Notes: generated from the letters alone by a model not told the origin. A stretch of 63,433 bases of DNA from Torpedo marmorata (GCA_977017645.1 OZ360255.1:20708001-20771433); one strand, 5' to 3'; shown: positions 1-11,783, numbered from the stretch's first letter. Program-made: numbers and translations.

Positions 1-134
1 ATGTGTATTAGCATATCATAGAATTTTTATTGTATTATGCTATTTATGTAAATTTGCTCATCGTCCTGGAGAAACGCTATCTCGTCTTTACTGTGTATAT
101 GGTAATGAACGACAAATAAAGGTGACTTGACTTG
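1..134 (+). mobile_element. 3' tail of Rex1/Babar-like LINE
   Basis: Near-identical to the tail at 16110-16274, ending ACAAATAAAGG(TGACT)n. Confidence 0.7.
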
Positions 135-559
135 ATAACACCGGAGGTCAGGATTGTACCTGGGGCATTGGGGCTGTGAGGCAGTGGCTCTCCTCGCACA
201 GCCCCTCCTGTGCCATCAACGACCCTCGGAGTCCAAACTTAGTGTTTGACCATGCACCAGCACAGCACATCAAGAGTGAATGATTCTGGAAAGTAATCAC
301 TATGAAATATTTCCTTCATGGTTTTTATTAAAGTATTATGTCACTAATTTTGTTTCTAATTAATTGTCAATTTCTTTCCATCGCGCACCAATTATTCTCT
401 GTCTGAGAGACCAAAGTGCCCACCGGCCACTTCCTTGGCATTGCCAGGTGTTGAAGGGGCTGGGAGACAAGCAAACGGTCCATTATCCAAGAGCTGGAAG
501 CAGAAACCTTGCTGGTTCTGCTGACACGTAACCCTGGACCCAGAGTAAGGGGTGGTCTG

Positions 560-1045
560 TTTAGCACTGAGATGGAGAGACATTCCTTCACTCAGAGAGT
601 GATGAATCATTGGACTTCTCTTCCCTGGAGCGAGGCAGACTCGGTCATTAAGTTGGGGTGGCATGGTTAGCGTAGCTGTTAGTGCAATGCTATTATTACA
701 TCGCCAGCGACCCAGGTTCAAAATCTGGCGCTGTCTGTAAGGAGTTTGTATGCTCTCCCCGTGTCTGCGTGGGTTTCCTCCGGGTGCTTCAGTTTTTTTC
801 TCAAAAGCGTAAGGGCGTTGTAGGTTAATTGTTGCATTTGGCGGGCATGGGCTTGTGGGCTGGAAAGGCCTGTTACCATCTAAATGTAAAAAAAACTTAT
901 GTCAACACACAGACTATTGATTTCTGGACTAAGCGAATCAGTGTATAAAGGGATAGTGCTGGAAGATGGCATTGAGATAGAGTCTTAATAAATGGTGGAG
1001 CAAGTTTGGAGGGTGACCTATCCTACTCCTATTCCTTATCTTTGT
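560..1045 (+). mobile_element. Old degraded CR1 LINE 3' end, interrupted by a SINE
   Basis: Degenerate FxTEMRRxFFTQRVxNxWxSLP-coding segment and CR1-type tail on either side of the SINE at 655-895. Confidence 0.5.
655..895 (+). mobile_element. tRNA-derived V-SINE (HE1-like)
   Basis: A/B-box tRNA head, V-domain-like GGAGTTTGTA...CCCCGTGTCTGCGTGGGTTTCCTCCGGGTG, CR1-type tail. Confidence 0.85.
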
Positions 1046-1827
1046 ATCTTGGTACGTGGCCATGTTGGAAAAGTGAACCTTGAAACCACAACCATCTGGT
1101 GAGACCAATACCAATCTGGTCAAGACTTGTGACAGCCAAACTATCCTCGGTGGTGTCGATCGAGAGTCAGTTTCAGTGAACTAGCTGGTCTCTACCTACC
1201 TGGCAGTTTTAGGAGATGATCGTAGACTTCAGGAGGACCAGGAACGATCACCCTCCACTGCACATCAACAACTCTGTAGTGGAGAGAGTGGGGAGCACCA
1301 AGTTCCTTGGAGTTCACTTAACTAGTGACCTATCGAGGACACACAACATCTCCTCACTTGTCAGGAAGGTGCAACGGCGACTGCACTTCCTGAGAAGACT
1401 GAAGCGGGCCACCATTATGTCAACCTTCTACAGGAGCTCTATCGAGAGTGTCCTGGCCGGCTGCATTGCAGTGTGGTATGGTTGCTGCAGAGAAATAGAT
1501 TGGAGGTCAATCCACAGGACCATAGGAGTGGCAGAGAGGATCACTGGAGTCTCCCTCCTCCCCCCATTGACGTGATCTACTAGGATCGTTGTCTGAAGAG
1601 GGTGCACAAAATCGTTGAGGACCCATTCCACCCTGCACACAGCATCTTTCAGCTGCCCCTGTCAGGAAAGAGATACAGGAGTATCAGAGCCAGTACCACC
1701 AGGCTGAGGATCAGCTTCTTCCCACGGGCAGTGAGAATGCTGAATGACCAAAGGAACTGCTCACACTAACCATCCGAGACTCTCATATTCATGAAACAAT
1801 ATTTATTTATTTATTTATTTGTATATA

Positions 1828-3519
1828 CCGTATATTTCGGCGTATAAGTTGAGTCTTGAAACTCTCAAAAATCTCTCAAAAAATGGGGGTCGACTTATAC
1901 GCCAGATATACTTTTGAGACCTTAAATTCAACTCAAAAAACCGTTGGACACCGATTCGGAGTATAAGTCGACCCTTGAAAAACCAAAAAAAATCCCAACT
2001 ACAACAAATTTTCATGCTACCAGTATATTAGAACAAAATTTTTATTGAAAACAAACCACATTTAGAATCCTTCAAAATCACTATCACTATCATCGTCTGA
2101 GGCAAGCACATCCATACTCTCACTGTTTAAACAGTCATCGTACGGGTCCCAGTCTGCATCTGATGAGGCGGCTTCAGCTTCGTAGTCAGTGTCTCACAAT
2201 AAATCATCTTCCGTACCATCAATTGCACAAGAGATACCGCACTTTTTAAATGATTTTATTACAGTCTCTACTTTCATTTTATCCCATGCTTTGAGCACAA
2301 AGTCATACAGCACATCAAGCGATGCAGCACGCATTGCCCCGCCTTTTGTAAATGATTTTTCTGCTCTCGTAATCCATGTATTCCATTCTTCACGCACATG
2401 GTCTTTGAATGGCTTGTTCAAGCAGACATCGAGAGGTTGCAATAGAGACGTCAAACCACCTGGGATAACCGCCATGTAAGTATTATGTTGTGATAATCTA
2501 CTTTTAGTCTTCTCAGTTAAGTGGCTACGAAACATATCCCAGACCAGCAAACTCCGTTCCTTGCGTAAACCGCCTGGCCGCCTGTTCCACACATTGTCTA
2601 TCCATAGTTTTACACCATTTTCATCCATCCATCCTTTTTCATGAAAATGTACAAAAATACCTGCTGGGAATTTTATTTTAGGTTTAATTTTGTGTTTGAA
2701 GATTACCATGGGTCTTAACTTTGTCCTGTCGGCCATGCACGATAACACCACAGTAAACCTGGTCCTTTCATGTCCTGTACTCCTCGTTTTCACAGTTTTC
2801 ACACCTTTCCATTCCACTGTTCTATTGCCTATCATGTCAAAATTCATGGGGGTTTCGTCCATGTTTCCAATATTTGCCAATGCAAACTTGTGTTTCTGCC
2901 GGTTACGTATCATAAACTGGTGAAAACTTACAACTTTATGATCAAGATCTTTTGGTAGTTTCTGAGCAATTTTTGTCGTAAAACCAGATTTTTCCTGTTC
3001 ATGAAACGGTTGCACCAGCCTACTGTAGCTTCAAAATCTTTACTGAGTTCTGGGTGCGACTTTGCCCAGTTCAGTGCAAATGTTCTTATTTTATTTCGGG
3101 TGACTATGTAGCAATCTTGCCTCTGTTCACGTACCCATGCTGCGACGTGATTTTCCAACTCTGGCCAACGAGTGATTCCTCTTCTCATCGAACATTGCCT
3201 TTTTGGTATTTTTCTTAAAGTCTCTTCTTTCTTTCTCCAATCTCTTACCAACTTCTCGTCTATATCAAATTTTCTTGCAGCAGCACAGTTGCTGGATTTC
3301 TTGGCCATTTCTATTACTTTTAACTTAAAACTCGCTTCATACTTTCATCGTTTTGCTGGAGCCTCCATGATAACAACCACCCTCAGCCAACGCTCAACAG
3401 CTCAGTCATCGCGATTTTTGGGGGTCGACTTATATGCCCGATATATAAAACCATTTAAGTGAGGCTGAAAATTAGGACCTGACTTATCTGTCGGTCAACT
3501 TATACGCCAAAATATATGG
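1828..3519 (-). mobile_element. Full-length pogo/Passer-type (POGK-like, DD35D) DNA transposon
   Basis: 25-bp TIRs CCGTATATTTCGGCGTATAAGTTGA (2 mismatches), TA TSD at 1826-1827 and 3520-3521, subterminal GGGGTCGACTTATA repeats. Confidence 0.92.
2062..3368 (-). pseudogene. Disrupted pogo transposase (Brinker-like DBD + CENP-B HTH + DDE_1)
   Basis: ATG at 3368; stop at codon 8; frameshift near 2975; NMDETP, VWD-x35-D (QPLD); in-frame TGA at 2194; acidic tail ending DFEGF*; AATAAA at 2041-2046 on the minus strand. Confidence 0.9.
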
Positions 3520-3762
3520 TATGAATACTTGTCCTGCATATGTATTGTTTGTCTGTACGTGTGTTATGTCTGGTTGTGTGTCAGCGTGTTTTGCACTGAG
3601 GATAGGATAACACTGTTTCATTGGGTTGTACTTGTACAATCAGATGACAATAAACTTGACTTGACTTAGCAATATATGTTGACCTCATCACCTGGACTAC
3701 TCTTTCAGTCTTGTTTAGTTCCATGGGATATTTCAAATGGGGCCTTGGTGTAACCTGTACGC

Positions 3763-3894
3763 CAGTGGTTTTCAAACTTTTTCTTTCCACTCACATACCA
3801 CCTTAAGTAATCCCTTACTAATCACAGAGCACCTATGGCATCGGGATTACTTAAGGTGGAATGTGAGTGGAAAGAAAAAGTTTGAAAACCACTG
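3763..3894. mobile_element. 132-bp palindromic hAT (Charlie-like) MITE
   Basis: ~52-bp inverted arms CAGTGGTTTTCAAAC...GTTTGAAAACCACTG; same unit as in 11784-12157; TSD is decayed. Confidence 0.85.
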
Positions 3895-4096
3895 TCTGCG
3901 CCAATGATGTCAGCTTCACTCTCTCAATAGTTCATCAATAACCTTTAACCCAGCATTGAAAAAAAAAACAATCACTTTGGGAAAACACAAGGTACTTGAA
4001 TTTGGAGCAAAAAGCAATCTGTTGGAAGAACCCAGCATGTCGAGCTGGATCGTTGCTGGGGAAAGAAATTGCTGATGTTTTGGGTCAAACCCCTTT

Positions 4097-4310
4097 TAGA
4101 ACCATAGAACATTACAGCACAGAAACAGGCCCTTCGGCCCTTCTGTCAGTGCCGAACTATTATTTTACCTAGTCCTACTGACCTGCACCCAGTCCATATC
4201 CCTCCATACCCCTCCCACCCATGTACCTGTCCAAATTCTTCTTAAATGTTAAAATTGAGCCGGCATTCACCACTTCAGCTGGCGGCTCATTCCACACTCC
4301 CAACTACTGA
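4097..4310 (-). mobile_element. CR1/HER1-like LINE 3' tail
   Basis: CATAGAACATTACAGCACAGAAACAGGCCCTTCGGCCC tail motif. Confidence 0.75.
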
Positions 4311-4529
4311 AGAGGATTTTGTCGACTACTCCCACATTCCACACTCCCACTATTGATGAGTAAAATGTCGATAATTCATTTTCTCCTCATTGATCCTGCT
4401 GAGTTCCTCCGGCAGGTTGATTTCTGCATCATTTTAGGAAGATTGATCGGGGGTCTCAGGATAAAGTAACAGCCATTTAGGGTTGAGGTGAACTTCCTTC
4501 ATCCAGAGAGTAGGAATCTTTGCAATTTT

Positions 4530-4712
4530 GTACTTCAGTCCGTTCGTTTACATTTCTTTCTTTGCTTACATTTCTCTATTTGTTCAGGTATCTTTTTCTT
4601 GAGTACAGTTACACTACGACAAGTAGAAATTCTGCCTGGCCTGCAGGAAACAATCTCAGGGTTATATGTGGTGTCATGTATGTACGCTGACAACAAATTT
4701 GAACTTTGAACT
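4530..4712 (+). mobile_element. LINE 3' tail (Rex1-associated family)
   Basis: AATCTCAGGGTTxTATGTGxTGTCATGTATGTAC...TGACAAxAAA tail, also seen at ~8700, ~9780, ~22860 and ~24490. Confidence 0.65.
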
Positions 4713-5442
4713 TCAGTAGGGCGTGGATGCTCACTTTGGAATATATACTTAAGGTTGAGGTCAGTGAGTATTTGAACACCTGCAAATGGGGACAAGTGGG
4801 AGAGCTGAGGGACCAGCAGTGATAACAAATGCTGGAGCAAGTTTGATAGATTGAATAACCTACCCTGGATCCTCTTGCTACAACTCCTGTTGGGAGTAAA
4901 ATGATAGAGCAAACATTGAGGGGATTAAAAATGGCTGCGGCTTCTCTGTAAGAAGCATTTCATACATTTGTTTTGCTTTTACAAAGCAAGCTACGCTTTG
5001 CGTGGGCTGAAGATGACATGGTTGGTGTGAAGAAAAATTTCAAATGAAGACCATCGCCAATATAAATAATAGACAAGAGAAAAACACAACAGCTAACAAC
5101 TTCCATGATTACAGATTTTCAACGCTGTCTCAGGCGTGAATGGTGTCTGTTCTGTGAATTCATATTCCCCAGGAACCGGAATGAGATGAAGTGTCAACAA
5201 ATTCATTCACTTACATGAAAATGTCACAAGGGGAGGAGAACAAAATGATTTGCACAGCGGGAACCAGGGAAAGGGAAAGGCAAAGAAAGAGATGGGATGG
5301 AGAGATCCCAACCAAAACAGTGAGACTGTTTGGTACATATTTATTCATGAGTTGCAGGGAATTGCTGGGAAAGTAAAAAACACAAATGCTGGAGAAACTC
5401 AGCAGGTCAAACAGTGTCTTTTATGTAGCAAAGGTAGAAATA

Positions 5443-5483
5443 CATAACCGACGTTTCGGGCTTGAGCCCTTCATCAAAGTATG
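5443..5483 (-). ncRNA. Minimal hammerhead ribozyme-like motif in PLE tail
   Basis: TTGATGA-A-GGGC-TCAA-GCCC-GAAA-CGTC with a short stem I. Confidence 0.6.
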
Positions 5484-6449
5484 AGAAAATGCCGGCAGGC
5501 GTCCGGACAAAAGAGTGAGGGGGGAAGGGGGGATGGCAAAGGCAGGAGATGATAGGTGGAGAAAGGAGGGAGGGGACAGCAGCAAAGAGGGGGAGGAGGG
5601 ATGGCTGGGTGGGTGGAAAAAAACAGGAAGGGCAGGTGAGGGGGGAAGGGAAGGAAAAGACAAGTAGGTTTAGTGGAAAGCAGGAAAGTCAATGTTAATG
5701 CCGTCTGGCTGGAGAGTGCCCAGACGGAAAATGAGATGCTGTTCCTCCAATTTGCGGGTAGTCTGGGTGGGATAGTACATAAGGCCATGGACAGACATGT
5801 GAGTGTGGGAGTGTGACTCGGAATTGAAATGGCTGGCTACTGGGAGGTCGCTGTTGTTGCGGACGCAGAGGAGGTGCTCAGCGAAGTGATCTCCCAATCT
5901 ACAACTGGTCTCTCCAATGTAGAGAAAGCCACAAAGGGAGCACCGGATGCAGTAAATAAGTTCTCTGGATGTACAAGTGAAGTGTAGTTTCACTTGAAAG
6001 GCCTGTTTGGGGCACCGGACCGTGGTGAGGGGGGAGGTGTGGGCGCAGGTGTTGCACCTCCTCTCCGTCCGCAAGAACAGCGACCTCCCAGTAGCCAGCC
6101 ATTTCAATTCCGAGTCACACTCCCACACTCACATGTCTGTCCATGGCCTTATGTACTATCCCACACAGACTACCCGCAAATTGGAGGAACAACATCTCAT
6201 TTTCCGTCTGGGCACTCTCCAGCCAGACGGCATTAACATTGACTTTTCTGCTTTCCACTAAACCTGCTTGTCTTTTCCTTCCCTTCCCCCCTCACCTGTC
6301 CTTCCTGTTTTTTTCCACCCACCCAGCCATCCCTCCTCCCCCTCTTTGCTGCTGTCCCCTCCTTCCTTTCTCCACCTATCATCTCCTGCCTTTGCCAACC
6401 CCCCCTTCCCCCCCTCACACTTTTGTTCGGACGCCTGCCGGCATTTTCT

Positions 6450-6490
6450 CATACTTTGATGAAGGGCTCAAGCCCGAAACGTCGGTTATG
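6450..6490 (+). ncRNA. Minimal hammerhead ribozyme-like motif in PLE tail
   Basis: CATACTTTGATGAAGGGCTCAAGCCCGAAACGTCGGTTATG. Confidence 0.6.
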
Positions 6491-6814
6491 TATTTCTACC
6501 TTTGCTACATAAAAGACAGTTTGACCTGCTGAGTTTCTCCAGCGTTTGTGTTTTTTACTTCAACCACGGTGTCTACAGATTTTCGTGTTTTACTAATTGC
6601 TGGTAAAGCTCTGGTTTATTTCCCATTCTACTTGTGACTGAATTACATTCTGCTGAGTAACTTCCACAGAAAGTAACGTGTCGAAATTGTTGACAACTGG
6701 GGTAATTTATAGCTCATATCAGATAAAGATGGTTAATGCTTCCCTCTGAAAATTATTAGTAAATCAGGTGTTTATTACAACATTCCAATAATTTTTCGTA
6801 GCAATTAGTGATAA

Positions 6815-7600
6815 TACTGGACGACGAAGATTTTGCTTTCTGAACACTTGTGGGTGTATTTTATGGATTTTGGGATACTGATCACGAAAATCACCTTATA
6901 ATTTTCCTATCACATACCGTTTTTTAGATATAACTGATTTTTGTGATTTCCTGTCGTATTTTAAGTCTATTGTACTAGTATGTTGCTCACAAAGCAAACT
7001 GTTTTGGTCAGTCGAGGCATTTCTGGGCATGCATTCAGTGTAGGTACTATGCAAATGTTGTCTTAGGCCTGGGCATGCTTGGAAGGCATTTAAAGATGTT
7101 GTTGAGAATTTTCTTGGAAACTGCATCCAGCTGATTGACAACATGCTTCAAGCAGACAAAGCCATGAAGTGCAAAATGTAATTGAAAATTCATTTTCTTC
7201 ATTCGCACTTGGACTTCTTCCCTGCTGATCTTGGTGCAGTCAGTGATGAACATGGTGAAAGGTTTCACCAGGACATTGCGACCATGGAAAAGCAGTATCA
7301 GGGCAACTGGAATCCATCAATGCAGGCCAACTACTGTTGGATACTGACACGAGAGGCATCAGATGCTGAGTACAAACGAAAATCCGCGGCAAAACATTTT
7401 TAGGTTAGTTGAACTAACGCAATGTTTCAGCATCATGATGTGATTAAAAACACTAAATTCAATAAAAGTTAATTTAATGTTTTGCCTACGTGATACAGCT
7501 AATCTGAAATTATCTTTGTGTTCATCTTGAAGCTGTCTATCATAATCACCCATTTCTTTTCAGGAAGAAAACCTTTTGAAAAAAAAATTGTTGCTTAGTA
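6815..7600 (+). mobile_element. Chapaev3 (CMC superfamily) internally deleted DNA transposon
   Basis: Transposase C-terminal motif KIHFLHSHLDFFPADLGAVSDEHGERFHQDI; decayed CACTG...CAGTG-type ends; TAA on both sides. Confidence 0.8.
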
Positions 7601-7603
7601 TAA

Positions 7604-7830
7604 GAGAACATAGAATATTACAGCACATTCAGCCCACTGAGTCTGTGCCGAACATCAAGCACCCATTTACACTACTTCCCATCTCATCAACCCATCTCAT
7701 CTCATCAACCACCCCCAATCCCCCTGCCCACAGATTCGACCACTCGCCCACATTTATGGTGGCCAATTAACCAACCATCCCTCACATTTTTAGGCTGTGG
7801 AAGGAAACTGTACTTTGTTTTTACTGTCGT
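7604..7830 (-). mobile_element. Old SINE fragment with CR1-type tail
   Basis: CATAGAATATTACAGCAC tail and degenerate V-domain. Confidence 0.5.
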
Positions 7831-7989
7831 ACTATGCATTGGTTGACAAGCTGGACTGCTCGCAAAACAAACTTTTCCACTGTACCTGAGTACACGTGTC
7901 AACAAACCTGAACTTGAAACTGGAGAACCCAGAGGATCTCTGCGCTGTGAGGCAGTGGCTCTACCAGGGCACTATTGTGCCCCAGCCAA

Positions 7990-8772
7990 GTCACCATCTC
8001 GGAGGATCTTTCCTGGACCCAACGCGGTAATGGCATCGTGAAGAAAGCACGTCAGTGCCTCCACTTCCTCAGGAGTTTGCGGAGGTTTGGTATGAAATTG
8101 GAAACCCTGGCAAATTTCTACAGATGTGTGGTAGAAAGTGTGCTGACCGGCTGCATCACGGTCTGGTATGGGGACACCAATACCCCTGAGAGTAAAGCCC
8201 TGCAAAAGGAAGTGGACACAGCCCAGGACATCACAGGCAAAACCCTCCCCACCATCGAGAACATCTACAGGGAATGCTGCCGTCGGAGAGCAGCAGCAAT
8301 CATCAAGGATCCACACCACCCAGCACACGCTCTGTTCTCGCTGCTGCCATCAGGAAAGAGGTACAGGTGCCACAAGACTCGCACCACCAGGTTCAGGAAC
8401 AGCTGCTACCCCTCCACCATCAGACTCCTCAACGACAAACTCAATCAGGGACTTATTTAAGAACTCTTACTTTTGCACTTTGATATTTTATTTCTCTCTC
8501 TGTATTGCACAGTCAAAATTCTCAACAATATCTTTAAATGCCTTCCAAGCATGCCCAGGTCTAAGACAACATTTGCATAGCACCTACACTGAATGCGTGC
8601 CCAGAAATGCTTCGACTGACCAAAAAAGTTTAAATTTCTTTGTTTACATGTGTACATTGAGTCTTTTTTTTTTTGCACTGCTAATAAGTGGTAATTCTGC
8701 CTCAATCAGGAAAAAGAATCTCAGGGTTTTACGTGATGTCATGTATGTACTCTGAAAATAAATCTGAAATCT
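7990..8772 (+). mobile_element. Rex1/Babar-like LINE 3' fragment
   Basis: ISEDLSW...KKARQCLHFLRSLRRFG...LLPSGKRYR; tail; carries an inverted Chapaev3 patch at 8515-8625. Confidence 0.85.
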
Positions 8773-8774
8773 GT

Positions 8775-9105
8775 TTGGAGAGGAGATTTATTTGACGTAT
8801 ATAAGACAAGATGATAAGACAGCCAGCACCTTTTTCTCAGGACGACAATAGCAAGTACCAGAGGACATCTGTTTGTGAGTAGAGGAAAGTTTAGGGGAGA
8901 TGTCAGAGGTAAGTAATTTTTACGCAGAGGGTAGTGGGTGCCTGAAATTCATTGCCGGGGTTGTGGTGGAGGCTGGTACATTAGGGACATTTAAAAAAAA
9001 CCTCTTAGACAGGCATATGGAGCAAGAAAAATAGAGGGTTATGGGTGTATGATGGGGAAGGGCTAGATTGCTGTGGGCTGAGTGGTCTTTTCTCTGCTAT
9101 ATCTC
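8775..9105 (+). mobile_element. CR1 LINE 3' fragment
   Basis: TRGH...GKFRGDVRG...FTQRVVGAW-like remnants. Confidence 0.65.
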
Positions 9106-9531
9106 TCTGTGACTCAATTTTATTCCCTGAATTTAATTGCACATTGGGATTTGAACTCATGTCAGTGAAGGCCTCGTGTGCTGCTGAGATAGATAAACGG
9201 AGGGACAAAAGAGAGCGGCAGGAAGGGGAAAGGATGCATGGGGTTAAGTTAACAACCCGCCCCATTCACCCTTCAAAACAAAAGGCAAAGGAAATAGAGG
9301 CCCTTTGACTGAGCAAGACTAGGTTCACGACCACGTACAATAATGCGTTCATTCACTGCCACAGTTGTCAGTGGGGGGAACATTGTTCCAAGAACTGGAT
9401 ACTAATGAAACAATGAAAGTTCATTATTTCAACTGCCTGATCCGCGAAACCTAACCAATAATTTTATTTCAGAGTGCTGGGATAGAGTCAGAATCAGAAT
9501 CAAATTTTATTGTGATGAACATGTCAATGAA

Positions 9532-9693
9532 CATCTCCGTTTTCTCATACTTTGATGAAGGGCTCAAGCCCGAAACGTCGGTTATGTATTTCTACCTTTG
9601 CTACATAAAAGACACTGTTTGACCTGCTGAGTTTCTTCTTCATTTGTGTTTTTTACTTCAACCACGGTATCTACGGATTTTCATGTTTTACTT
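9532..9693 (+). mobile_element. PLE tail insertion with hammerhead motif (9546-9586)
   Basis: Same tail as 6440-6594; 12-bp duplication CATGTCAAT(G/A)AA at 9520-9531 and 9694-9705. Confidence 0.8.
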
Positions 9694-10114
9694 CATGTCA
9701 ATAAATTTGTTGTTTTGTGGCATTATGTATCTTTTCTTGCACTACTGATAAGTAGAGATTCTGCTGCGCCCACAGGAAAAAGAATCTCAGGGTTGTATGT
9801 GATGTCATGTATGTACTCTGGCAATAAATCTGAATTTTGAACTTTGATCAAGAAGACTACCCTGGACATGTGGGTTAACTCCCCAGCTCTTTCTCACATC
9901 TGTCCCAGGAAGGGTTTACAGAAGGCAAACTGATCCTCAGTTTAAGGACTCAATACACTGCAGTGTGACAAATCTTCAAATCCTGGAGCTGCTCTCCAAA
10001 GACATTTTCAACATAGATGAAGGGTTTTGGCTCGAAGCTTCGAGCATTGTTTTTCTCCCACTGATGTTGTTTGACCCACTGAGATCCTCCAGCAAATTGT
10101 GTTTAGCCTCATAT

Positions 10115-11222
10115 TTCAGAATCAGAATTTATTGTCATGAACATGTCACGAAATTTGTTGTTTTGCAGCAGCATCACAGTGCAAATATTGCTATGAATTA
10201 CATTTAAAAATAAATAAATTAGTGCAAAAGAAGAGAAAGTGAAGTAGTGTCTGTGGTTAAAACACAATGCTGGAGAAACTCAGCAGGTCAAACAGTGTCC
10301 TTTATATAGCAAAGATAAAGGTAAACGCAGAACTGAAATGGTTGACCCCCAAACAGGACTTTCAAGTGAAGCAACACTTCACTTGTGTATCCGCAGGATT
10401 GATTTACTGCATCCAGTGCTCCCTTTGTGGCCTTCTCTACATCGGAGAGACTGGGCGCAGATTGGGAGATCGCTTCGCTGAGCACCTTCGCTCTGTCCGC
10501 ACCAGTGACAAGGACCTCCCAGTGGCCAACCATTTCAGTTCTGCGTGCCACTCCCATGCTCACATGTCTGTCCATGGCATCATGTACTATCCCACCAAGA
10601 CCACCCGTAAATTGAAGGAACAACACCTGATTTTCCGTCTGGGCACTCTCCGGCCAGATGGCATTAACATCGACTTCCTCGGTTTCTGCAAACCTTCCCA
10701 TTCCTTCCCCCTGTCTTCTTTCCCTCAGCTCTCCACCCCCTTCCCTCTTTATTCACCTAGCCATCCCTCTCCCCCTGCATGTTGCTATGCACTCCCTCCC
10801 TTCTCCACCTATTACCTCCTGCCTTTTGCACCGTGTTCCTCCCCTCACGCCCCCCCCCCCCCTTACCTTTTCATTTGGGCGCTTGCCGATGTTTTTCTAT
10901 ACCTTGATGAAGGGCTCAAGCCCGAAATGTCGGATATGTATCTTTATCTTTGCTATGTAAAGTACACTGTTTGTCCTGCTGAGCTTCTCCAGCATTGTGT
11001 TTTCACTTCAACCATGGTGTCTGCATACTTTCGTTATTTACTAGTGTCTGTGGTTCATTGTCCATTCAGAAATCTGATGGCAGAGGGGAAGAAGCTGTTT
11101 TTGTACCGTTGGGTGTTCGTCTTCAGGCTCCTGTACCTCCTTCCTGATGGTAGCAGCGTGAAGAGGGCATGGCCTGGCTGGTGAGGGTCCTTGAGGATAG
11201 AGGCTGCTTTCTTAAGAGCAGT
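10115..11222 (-). mobile_element. Rex1-like LINE 3' end interrupted by a PLE
   Basis: Tail 10115-10258 and coding end 11042-11222 (KDPHQPGHALFTLLPSGRRYR). Confidence 0.8.
10259..11041 (+). mobile_element. PLE (GIY-YIG end + tail) with short inverted tail at its 5' side
   Basis: LIYCIQCSLCGLLYIGETGRRLGDRFAEH; perfect 14-bp TSD TAGTGTCTGTGGTT at 10245-10258 and 11042-11055. Confidence 0.9.
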
Positions 11223-11783
11223 TGTGGAGGGTGAAAGGAGAAGGTCTGCTCTGCTGTGAGCAGCTCGCAAAGTGACGTCACGCTTCTGTTTAAGAAAGAA
11301 TTTTCTAATTAAATGATTGGAAAATATGTATTCACATCAGCTAGTGGTTAATCAATGCTTATGGTAATCCACAACAGACTGAATCTACTTCCCTCAAAAG
11401 GTGCCTTAGGTCATGAATACACATTACTTAATCAGCAAGAGATAATTGGTGTGTGATTACCCAACACAATAAAGAAAGGTGTGATTACCAGCAGCCTGTT
11501 CTGAATGTAATGACTGTTCCAGCAAGTTTGAGTGATCAAAGAAATAAGACAAGAAAGCTGTAGGGAACAGATGGTGGAACATGAGCACCAATCTGGCCAT
11601 GTTTTTCCCTCTTGGGAATGTGCAGCCTCTTCGCATGCACCATTGAATTTCCTGCAAGAAGTTCTCAGAGGTGTAAGGCGGGTGCCTCATTTACGCACGC
11701 ATGTTGACTCGTACCTGTTTCACTCATCCTCCGAAAAGTGTATTGATCGCTTCCTCAGGAAAGTCATTCCACATCGTCTAAGT

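Larger units (their letters stand above)
1213..3668 (+). mobile_element. 5'-truncated Rex1/Babar-like LINE split by a pogo transposon (LINE parts 1213-1825 and 3522-3668)
   Basis: EMIVDFRR...KFLGVHL...QRRLHFLRRL motif; the two flanks join into the same tail seen uninterrupted at 43522-44103. Confidence 0.85.
5374..6594. mobile_element. Penelope-like (Neptune-type) element 3' ends arranged as a large inverted repeat
   Basis: GIY-YIG motif LIYCIRCSLCGFLYIGET on the minus strand 5670-6060, plus-strand copy 6054-6594; flanked by 14-bp duplication AATTGCTGG(G/T)AAAG at 5360-5373 and 6595-6608. Confidence 0.9.
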
